DNA from: Heteronotia binoei
Taxonomy: Eukaryota
Direction: 5' to 3'
Assembly: GCF_032191835.1 (NCBI RefSeq)
Contig: NC_083233.1
Location: 23,064,001-23,128,000 of the forward strand
DNA: 64,000 bases
Shown here: positions 24,235-33,867 of the stretch, piece after piece
Position numbering within the stretch: position 1 is the stretch's first letter
Layout of the letters: the number at the start of each line of letters is the position of its first letter
Notes under the pieces: model-generated
The model's input: the letters and a program-made list of their open reading frames with translations, nothing else
The model's database searches: none
What the model was told of the DNA's origin: nothing
Translations under genes and position numbers: made by a program

Positions 24235-24366
24235 GTACGAGAGGATTGAAATTCCTATTCATGTGGTCCCTCATAATACCATTGGGAAAGTGTGCCTGGA
24301 GTCAGCTGTGGAGCTGCCCAAGATCTTGTGTCAAGAGGAGCAAGACGCCTACCGAAAAATCCATAG
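24235..24366 (+). CDS. BRCC3: BRCC3 exon 6
   Basis: ttgtag|(E)YERIEIPIHVVPHNTIGKVCLESAVELPKILCQEEQDAYRKIH(S)|gtaaag. Confidence 0.97.
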
Positions 24367-25056
24367 GTAAAGTAGGATCAGGCACAATTCCTTCTTGATT
24401 TCTGAACTCACCCACAGAGTTAAGATCTGCCTCTTGAGGAAGAAGAGAGGGCCTATCGCTTCCTACAGGGGGTGGATTTTGGCTGTTTTTCTTGTGGCAT
24501 TGTGCATCCAGTGCCCACCTCTTCTGGAGATTCACTTTCTGGTATCATCCTTCTTGATGCCGAGTCACCAAGCATTTTTATATTTCAGTTGGCTTTTGTT
24601 CTGTTCTACTCTGATCTGTTTAGATTTCTTTCCCTCTTACCGTTCTATTGCGCTTTTTCTCATTTTAGTCTATGCCATTTGGGTTTATTATTATTATTTT
24701 TATTTTGTCGTGTTCAGGCCTCAGATTCAGTGGGAGCTCACAGGAGCACAGCTCCTGAACCTTTCTGAGAGTTCCTCCTCCTCCTGAGAGTTCCACCTCC
24801 TTGTCCATTGAATAGTATGTGCAGCTGCATAACAATCCCTGGATGAGCTCCACCACCTGCTTTTCTACAAAATTATTGCTGGTCATGTTAATTCATTGAC
24901 AGTTGCCCATTTCCATTCAGAAAAGCAGGATACAAATGATTTTAATAAGTCATTGGACAGCTCAGTTTGGCCTTGCCAGCAATGTTGAATACTTGTTTCA
25001 CCTGACAGTCTGTTTGGTTGGCAGCAAGGGGGGCTAAGCTGGGCTGTGTGTTATAC

Positions 25057-25196
25057 CAGGGGCGGCCAACGTTAGCTCTCCAAATGTTTTTTTTGCCTAC
25101 AACTCCCATCAGCCCCAGCCTTTGGCCATGCTGGCTGGGACTGATGGGAGTTGTAGGCAAAAAAACCATCTGGAGAGCTACCGTTGGCCACCTCTG
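25057..25196. mobile_element. Palindromic hAT-type MITE (about 140 bp)
   Basis: caggggcggccaac...gttggccacctctg with exact TSD TGTTATAC; relatives at 39529-39665 and 61227-61362. Confidence 0.85.
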
Positions 25197-26063
25197 TGTT
25201 ATACAATACCAAACCATCAAGTTTAAACCATAATTTTTTAAACCCTTATAGTCGTTTCCAAAGTAGTTTCAGAAGCATAGTGAAAAATAGCCAGTTTCTA
25301 TTACCTATACATGTATTCCAATTCATATATTATTGTAAGCTACATCCCATTACTACCACCATGTCAAGATTCCAAACAAGAATACATACAGAAAGTTTAC
25401 AAATACTCTCTTCTGTAAGTTTCAATATTAATACAACTTATCTATTCGGTCATTTCAGCAGAGGAGCAAGAGTACAAAGGTTTATCCAGCCAGAGTTCAT
25501 GACGTTTCAATGCATGTCTTCAGTTTCTGGCTGCTAAATGGAACAATTTTTCAACAATTAGGACAAAAAAGCAACAAGACATCCATTCTCATAACCTGCA
25601 ATGCTCACCCTGATTTAGTTCTTTTTGACGCAGACACAGAGTTCACAGCTTTGCAGGTGGATCAGCTCAGTTCTCAGGGTGACTAGACAAAAGGAAAATA
25701 AAACAAACAATGGCACCTTGAAAGTTCAACAGAATTTCTTCCATCATAAGCTTTCATGAGTCAGACCTTGCTTCCTCTGATGATTGAGTTTATAACCATT
25801 GTACAGAAATGTTTTATAATCTGTTTTACAAGGGGAGGAAGGGAGAGAGTGAAAGAAACTTATTGCAAATATTTCAGGTATAAGTCCCTATGAAAGGGAG
25901 TGGAACGGATGTGGCGATTGCTCATGATAAATGATTGGAGAGGTCAGAGGCTCAAGCCTCTTACTACGGGGTGCAGATACAGAAAGTTTTTCTTGGACCT
26001 TTTGTCAGGTGATATAGTTGACTGCTGTCCTCTCACAGGGATGTGCTCTCTTCCTCTGTTTAG

Positions 26064-26107
26064 CCTGACTCATCTAGATTCGATAACCAAGATCCACAAT
26101 GGCTCAG
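26064..26107 (+). CDS. BRCC3: BRCC3 exon 7
   Basis: tttag|(S)LTHLDSITKIHNGS+G|gtaagg. Confidence 0.96.
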
Positions 26108-26593
26108 GTAAGGACTTCCAGATCAAGGGAAAGGGCGTGGCTCCTTCTGATCCTTGCAGATGAATCAGGCTTCTGAACCCTACTGAGACTAGAGAGCTAT
26201 TCCACACCTGCAAGCCTCTCCATTGACTGGTGGGAAGTATCCAGTGGAAGGGCATTGCCCTGGTGTGTCTTGGTTTTGTCGACCCTCCCTCCACTGACAC
26301 ATCCAGCATGTGTATAATTGTGCAGTCTCTGATACAGGTGTCTGTGCATCCCATTCCTTGGGATGATTTGATGGTCTTTCAGGTGCACAAGACTCTTTGA
26401 TTTTGCTCTTAGCACAGCTAGGCCTCTGCAGCTTGTGATACATTAGCATGGAAACTTGGTAAGATGGACTGGAAAGCAGTCCGCGTGAGTAACAGTTGAG
26501 ACTGTCTCAACTGTCACTCACACAGACTGCTTTCCAGTCCATCACACTTGGGAAACAGGATCTTTGTTCCACTGGTATCTCTCCTGCAAAGCA

Positions 26594-26856
26594 AGAAGAA
26601 GACTGCAGATTTATACCCCGCCCGTCTCTCTGAATCAGAGACTCAGAGCGGCTTACAATCTCCTGTATCTTCTCTCCCCATAACAGACACCCTGTGAGGT
26701 GGATGGGGCTGAGAGGGCCCTTTCAAGGACAGCTCCTACGAGAGCTGTGGCTGTCCCAAGGCTATTCCAGCAGCTGTAAGTGGAAGAGTGGGGAATCAAA
26801 CCCAGTTCTCCCAGATAAGAGTCCGCACACTTAACCACTACACTGAGGCTGGCTCT
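26594..26856 (-). mobile_element. tRNA-derived SINE copy
   Basis: Reverse complement of the 3773 family. Confidence 0.8.
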
Positions 26857-27661
26857 CCTGGAGAGAGGGTTGCTTATTTCGCCTTATACCAGTGCTATGG
26901 ATTGGGCATGTCTCTCTTGCATTTACAGTTCTTTGCAGGGTTAGCCACATAGTCCATAGCTAGCATGGGGAAGTGGTTAGAGTGTCAGACTAGGATCTGA
27001 GAGGCCCAGGTTTGATCCCCCACTCTGCCATGGAAACTTGCTGGGTGACCTTAGCTAACCTACCTCACAGGGTTGCTGTGAGGATGAAAATGGAGGAGAG
27101 TGATGTAAGGTGCTTTGAATCCCCCTCGCAGAGAAAAGCAGGTTATTGATGAGCACGTAAATAATTTTCAGAGGCCTGACTCACCAAATTAGGCTCTTGG
27201 TTGCTCATGGCAAGGACTGCTCTTGCTGGAAAGCTGGAACCTGTGCAGCCAGAGAAGGGTCATCTTGCTGTTTATTTTCCAAAATTTAGATGCTGCTTTT
27301 CTGCCCTCATAAGGGTCACCAAGGCAACTAACGAAACGTGCATAATAAAGTCACACCTTAGAAACCATTGAAAGCAACAAGAAACATCCTTAAAACAATT
27401 AAAAGCAGAGCTAAAATACATACAAAACAGAAAAAACAGCAATTAAAAACATAGGGCAGGAAGGAAAGATCACGGGGGAAATGTGGAACAAGCAAAAAAA
27501 AATAATCATCACCTGCTAGCAGAAGATGGCAGCAGAAGGGAACAGACAAGTCTCCCTGAGGGTGAAGTTACAGAGTTTTGGTGCCATAACCAAAAAGGCC
27601 CTTTCCAGAGTTGCCACCTGCCTAACCTATCTGCCTGTTGACTCTTCCCTCCTTTTCCCAG

Positions 27662-27810
27662 TGTTCACGAAAAACCTCTGCAGCCAGATGTCTGCCATCA
27701 GTGGCCCCCTGCTGCAGTGGCTGGAGGACCGCCTGGAGCAGAACAAGCAGCGGATACAGGAGCTGCAGCGGGAAAAAGAAGAGCTGCTGGAGGAACTTTC
27801 TACCCTGTAG
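27662..27810 (+). CDS. BRCC3: BRCC3 exon 8 (C-terminal coiled coil, stop)
   Basis: ttttcccag|(V)FTKNLCSQMSAISGPLLQWLEDRLEQNKQRIQELQREKEELLEELSTL*; total CDS 783 nt = 260 aa. Confidence 0.97.
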
Positions 27811-28288
27811 CCACGAGAACAAAAAGCCCTCGTGGATTAGGAAGCAAAGCGAGATGACTGGTCCCTAAGCCTGGCTGGGTCCCGCCTTGCTGCTTTCCTC
27901 CTCCTCTCCATCTTGTAGCCAACAGTGCCACAAAACGGGAAGGACCTTGGGCACAAACACCATCATGTCAAAGGAAGGACTGGCCTCCTAACGCAGAAGA
28001 GCAGCCTTTGCCGAGGACAAACCTCTCTGAAGTAGATGGGGGACTCTACTTCATTCTCCAAGCAGCTGCCGCTGGAGTCAGAGGAGAGTTCCATTGCCCT
28101 GACGTTGGCACGGGCCCTGTAACAACAAACTCATCTACGCTTGGCACAGATCAGTAATTTGGGGTTACAGAGATCTTTGTGTATTTGCCACCTCCTGTGA
28201 GGATCTTTGTCCCTATTAAGCTTCTGAAAACTCGGCTGATTGATGCTTGTGGAGGAGTAGTCGTGCTCATGTCCTGTCTTTTAAGCTA

Positions 28289-28294
28289 AATAAA
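28289..28294 (+). promoter_or_regulatory. Candidate BRCC3 polyadenylation signal
   Basis: AATAAA about 480 nt after the stop codon, just before a SINE. Confidence 0.5.
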
Positions 28295-28330
28295 GCGAAG
28301 AGAAGATTTCAGAGCTGCAGCGCTTCTTGA

Positions 28331-28545
28331 ATGGCGGCTCAATCGTAGAGCAACTGCTTGGTAAGCAGAAAGTCCCAGGTTCAATCCCCGGCATCTCCCA
28401 CTAAAAAGGGTCCAGGCAAGTAGGCATGAAAAACCTCAGCTTGAGACCCTGGAGAGCCACTGCCAGTCTGAGTAGACAGTACTGACTTTGATGGACCGAG
28501 GGTCTGATTCAGTGTAAGGCAGCTTCATATGTGTTCATATGAATG
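28331..28545 (+). mobile_element. tRNA-derived SINE (Squam3-like)
   Basis: ggctcaatcgtagagcaactgcttggtaagcagaaagtcccaggttcaatccccgg...aggcagcttcatatg. Confidence 0.8.
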
Positions 28546-30137
28546 CTCCACCCTGGGAACGCAAGCTGCCCCTTGCTTCCTCAGTCACCTTGGCCCCTAT
28601 TCTGTTACTGTATTCCTGCAGATCTTCTCCCCACCCCTGCAACTTCTTGTGTTGCTTATGGCACTTGGAGTCTCCAGCCAGCATTTTATAGGCAGTGGTT
28701 GTTGTTTTTTTTTTAATACTGCTTGAAACATAATTGCTCCATGAGATCATTTTTGAAGGCTTTTCCTTCTAAGGAAATCTGTAACCTCATGTCCTGCAAG
28801 GCACAGCTGAGCTAACTAGTTTTTTTTTTTAAAGGAGCTTTCTGAACTTCAGTATTAGGGAATGAGTGAGAGGATCTGGTTAGAAGGGAGTGAGTTAAAA
28901 ACAAAGTATGCCTGCCCTTATTCTAACACGCCGAGGCTCTGTGCAGAGAATACCTTTGCGGCTTGGAGATATGGCTCCCGTGTTCACTTTTTAAAACGTT
29001 TGCTTTCAGCAAACTGCTCATTTTGATATGACTTTGATAAGGACCTATCGGCTAGTGCCTGTTATGACTAGCACCCCCTGCGGAGGCTTCTGTATAGGCT
29101 TCTCCCATTACTGGGTAGGCTATATATACACTGCACACAAAACACCTCTAGGGAATTGGTGTATACCCAGAACCAGCTTGGACACACTTCGAACATGTCA
29201 CTAGAAAGGAAGTCTGAATAACAGAGATATAGAGGAGAAGGCTGGCATATGTGTTATATCTTTTGCTTTAAGGCAAATTATATGTCTTTTTCGGAATGCT
29301 GGGCTGCATGCCCTGTATCAGGCTTCATGCTTACCCTGCACTTATAGAATCATGGAACTTACACATCTGTGGAAACAGTTATGTTCTTGTTTTCAGATTA
29401 GATGATGTAGGCAGAGAGGGGGGAAAGGAACGTTTCACCCCTCTGCAGTAACAGCCCCTCCTTTTAGCACCTGTTTGGGCTGTTGGTGAATGCTAAACAT
29501 TAAAGCCCTTTTCCTTCAGGATCAGCCGAAGTGACCACTTTGACCTTTCCCTCTGGGCACCTGTTTCTCACTGATAAGAGTCAGTGGACTGAAGAGCTAG
29601 TGGGGGAAGTGTATCAAAAGGGGGGGGAAAGGCGTTTAGGTTGCAATTTCTCATGAGCGGCATCTGACAGGGAAGCAAGTGCTGTCCCTTAATCCCTCTT
29701 ACGATCATTGAGAAACTTCTGAAGCGCATCCTGGACTGGCGAGGGCAACATCTTCTCATCCTCTTTTCCTTTTATCTCTTCCAACAGTGTGAGATAAAGT
29801 AATCAAGTTGTGGCTGAAACAGCAATCCATCTTGCTGAAGGTGACAGATTAGGCTGGGTGACAGTCCCTCCTTTCCCCAACTCTCCCAACTTTAGCGCAG
29901 TTCTTTTTCCAGGAAAACTGTTGAGAAAACAGTTCAGGGCTTAGTGAGAGGAGAAGTGGAATGAGCAAAGCTACTGCTCGGGCCTGTCCTTCATGGATCA
30001 TGAGTTTAAGAAATATCTCACAAGGGGTAACACAGAAAAGCCTGTGATTGAAAATTACATGCTTGAATGAACAGCACAAGCTGTGCGGTCTCATTTGGAC
30101 GCAGGGCTTCCTTGTAGCTATGCTTGGTGGTGGTGGG

Positions 30138-30311
30138 AAGTGCCGTTGAGTCATAGCCGACCGATGGTGACTTTCAGATGTAGTTTGCCATGGCCCACTT
30201 TGGCATAGCGACCCTGGACTTCCTTGGTGGTTTCCCATCCAAGTACTAACTAGGGCTGATCCTGCTTAGCTTCTGGGATGGGATGAGATCAGACAAGCTG
30301 GGCCAGCCAGG
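30138..30311 (-). mobile_element. 5S rRNA-derived SINE with RTE-like tail
   Basis: The reverse complement contains gatctcatc...gaagctaagcagg...ttagtacttggatggga (5S internal promoter region). Confidence 0.7.
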
Positions 30312-30436
30312 TTATGCTTGGTTCTTCAAATTAAGCGAACCAAGGAAATCAATTGACTGAGTTCATCCAAAGAGGGGCCATAAACAAGGAGTAAAGGTGC
30401 CACCAAAAAGTTTCCTGGAGAAAAACTAGCTCCAGC

Positions 30437-30619
30437 CAGGAAAAACCCCAGCAGGAACTAATTTGCATATTAGGCCATACCCTGACATCCCATTGTTTTA
30501 CACGGGTCTTTTTATAGAAAAAGTCCAGCAGGAACTCATCTGCATGTTAGGCCACACACCCCTGATACCAAGCCCGGTGGAACTGCGTTCCTGTGCACTC
30601 CTGCTCAAAAAAAGCCCTG
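30437..30619. mobile_element. hAT-type MITE (CAGGGCTTTTT family), left end partly deleted
   Basis: Right end aaaaaaagccctg; exact TSD GCTCCAGC on both sides. Confidence 0.75.
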
Positions 30620-31807
30620 GCTCCAGCTAACAGAACCAGAATGGCCCAGCCTAGCCCAATTTCATCTGATCTCTGAAGCTTAGCAGGCTCAGCCCTGGAA
30701 GTCCTGGGTCACTACACAGATGCAGGCAATGGCAAACCACCTCTGAACATCTCTTGCCCTGAAAACCCTACTTGGTCATCATAAGCCAGTCGCAACTTGA
30801 TGGCAAAAAGAGAGAGTTCTGGCTAGTCCAATATGATGGACCCCTTCCACTTTCCTCCCTCAGAGGCAAGATTTTCCCTCCCTTTCTGTTTGTCGCCTCA
30901 CGGAATGAGCAGCCCTGGTAATGAGTTTATTGTTCCCTTGAAGAGTCCTTGTCTGCCCCACCCTGTGTGTAAACTATATTTTGGCTATTTGCTCAGCTCA
31001 GGAACTTGAAGGGAAAGGGAGAGGTTCGCCCTTTAACGTAAACCCTTGAAAATGGCACTTGAGACACTTTTAAAATTCAAAGTAGCGAAAGGTTTTATTT
31101 AACATCAAAGGGAAAGGTCAAGTGAAATTAGGGGTTGAAATTGCTGAGGTAAATCTATTACAAGCGCAGACTTTTGTTCTTAGATATCAGGCTAATGAGA
31201 GGTTCTTAAATTATTCACAGTTACTTATACCTTTATATTGAGAGGCTTTTACAGTTCCCAAACACTGATTCATTTTATTTGTATAAATGCTGACTCTTTT
31301 TGGTTTCTAGAAGGAAGGAACCCTTTCTCCAAACTTCTCTTTGGAACACCAGTACTCCCTGTTTGACTGGGCAGGGAACCTTCTCTCTCTAGAAGATCCA
31401 TCCCCTTTCCTTTTGGACTGAATGGAAGTCGTCTTCACTATCCGCTTCCTTTGCCGAATTATCCCCAGTTCTTCTGTCTGTGTTCAAACTGCTCTCAGCT
31501 ACTGATGAATTCAGACTGCGTTCAGTCAAGGTAGCAATCTGACACTGTCAACACTAAGCCCTCTTTCTGACAGGGCTATTCTCAGACTATGTCAATATAC
31601 GTCTCTTCACGGTAAAGGCAGGAATCTAGCTTTTCCTCAGCTTCCAAGCTCTCTCAAGATTTTCTCTCCTCAGCCTATTATGCCAACAAATCTGATTGCT
31701 TAGAGCAGCCTATTGCTCAAAGCTCTGATGGTTCTGTGAAGAATTAACTATTCGCAGTCCTTTCGTTGTTAGTACTGTACTTCTAAGCCTCTAAAAAAGC
31801 GCAGTCC

Positions 31808-32052
31808 ATCCCGGCCAGATCTCAGAAGCTAATCAGGGTTGGCCCTGCTTAGTACTTGGATGGGAGAACACCAAGGAAGTCCAGGCTGTGACGCAGAGGC
31901 AGGCAATGGCAAACCACTTCTGAATGTCTCTTGCCTTTTTTTAAATAAAATTTTATTTTAAATACAAACAAAAAACAATCAAAAGACATGTCTCTTGCCT
32001 TGAAAACCTTATGGGGTCACCATAAGTTAGTTGTGACTTGACAGCACATTCT
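31808..32052 (+). mobile_element. 5S-derived SINE interrupted by a short poly(A)-tailed insertion
   Basis: gatctcagaagctaatcagggttggccctgcttagtacttggatgggaga; insert 31938-31987 flanked by ATGTCTCTTGCCTT direct repeats. Confidence 0.75.
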
Positions 32053-32529
32053 GCCAGCACCACTGAGGACTACATACTTGCTACTTTCAAGCAACACCTC
32101 CCCAGTCATTCTTAAGATGCTGGTTTCTGAACCCAGCAGAGAGGCAAGGGGTTGTAGAAACTGGTCAAAGCTGTAAGATATGAAGGCAGCTTGTAAACGA
32201 TCAAACTCTGCTGTCTTCCCTCCCTCCTCCACAGGTAGCCAGACTGATCACATTCAGTTGCTTTGCACACCCATGCACAGCATGAAATTTGAACAACTGT
32301 ATGTAGAGAGTTTACATCACGGGTGGCCAAACTTGCTTAACGTAAGAGCCACATAGAATAAACATCAGATGTTTGAGGGCCAAAAAACATGAACGTCAGA
32401 ATGCTTGAGAACTGGAAAGAAGGAAATAGATGGGGAGGGAGGGAGAGGTGGAAAGAAAGCAGCTCTAAATGCATTTTCCAAGTCACCAGCTGGCTTGGCT
32501 TGAGCAATTTAAAGAGAAATGCCTTTGAG

Positions 32530-33867
32530 CAGGGCTTTTTTTGTAGAAAAAGCCCAGCAGGAACTCATTAGTATGCAAGGCCACACCTCTGACATCACCA
32601 TCATTTGCATACTAGGCCACACCTCTGACATCACCTTCATTTGCATACTAGGCCACACCTCTGACATCACAGAAAGTGCCATAATATCTTTTTTGAGGTA
32701 ACAGTTCTGGTCATCACACCTCAAAAAAGATATTCTAGCATTGGAAAAAGTCCAGAAATATATAGCCATATACATATACAAAGCCATAAATATACAGCCA
32801 TCCCAGAAAAAATAATCAATTTCCAACACATTACTCGATCACAAGAGCCAGCATGGTGTAGTTCTTTGAGAAAGAGAAATAAAGCAAATAGACAGAGAAA
32901 AAGACTGAGAGAGAGGGAGGAAGGGAAGGAGGGAGGGAGTGGGAAAAGGCAAACATGGAAAAAGAAATATTGACAGACTGACAGAAAGAAAGAGTGGGAG
33001 ACTGGAAAATAAAGCAAATAGAAAAAGAGAGGAGGGGGAAATAAGGGGAAAAGGGAAAAAATATTAGCAGAAAGACTGACAGACAGGAAAGAAAGTGGGG
33101 GAGTGGAAAATAAAGCAGACAGAGAAGAAGAATGACAAAGAAAAATGAATGAATGAATGAAAGGGGAGAGAAAAAAACACTGGCAGAAATAATGAATGAG
33201 AGGGAGGGACAGTTGGAAACAAATAGAGAAAAAAAGAAAAAAATTAGGAAGAAAGGAAAAAGGAGGGAAATAGTGAAAGAAAGGAAAGGAAAAAAGAAAG
33301 AAACTGAAAGCAACTCAACTGTAAAACTGCTGACTCCCTAGAAGCTTGGGCTCTGCAGCTTGGCCCCCAAGCCCCACGGCTGGCCTCCCTGAACCCTGCC
33401 TGACAGCGGGACATCCGGAGGCCCCCGTGCAACCGCGGCTAGCCTTCCTGAACCCCACCAGACAGTGGGATGTCCGGAGGCCCCCGCACAACCGCAGCTT
33501 GCCTCCCTGAACCCTGCCAGACAGCGGGATGTCCGGAGGCCCCCGCACAACTGCGGCTGGCTTCCCTGAACCCTGTCGGACAGCGAGACATCGGGAGGCC
33601 CCCGTGCAACTGCGGCTGGCCTCCCTAAGCCCTGCCAGACACCCGGACATCCGGAGGCCCCGCACAAGCACGGCTGGCCTCCCTGAACCCCGCACCAACA
33701 CCTGGATGTCCGGAGGCCCCATGCAAGCCTGTCTGGCCTCCCTGAGCCCTGCCCAACAGCGGGGAAGCCGCCCAGGCTGAGCCGGAACGCCGACCGTCTG
33801 AGCCAGAACGTTGCCCGGGCCAGCCAGAACAGTGTTCCAGTGCGTTCCGGCTCAAAAAAAAGCCCTG
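32530..33867. mobile_element. Expanded hAT-type MITE nested in another MITE (32318-33995)
   Basis: cagggctttttt...aaaaaaagccctg with exact TSD CCTTTGAG; contains 36-bp and 59-bp tandem arrays and a GA-rich tract. Confidence 0.8.
33377..33765. repeat. GC-rich minisatellite, 59-bp unit, about 6.5 copies
   Basis: Units start at 33377, 33436, 33495, 33554, 33613, 33671 and about 33730 (cggctggcctccctgaaccctgcc...catccggaggcccccg). Confidence 0.9.

Noticed and set aside
31808-31870. 5S rRNA gene
   Set aside because: Partial, diverged and fused to a retroposon tail; it is a SINE head.
32567-32670. CRISPR-like 36-bp repeats
   Set aside because: A head-to-tail tandem with no spacers, in eukaryotic MITE DNA with no cas genes.
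32770-33310. Lys/Glu-rich and Phe/Leu-rich ORFs
   Set aside because: Low-complexity GA-rich tract.
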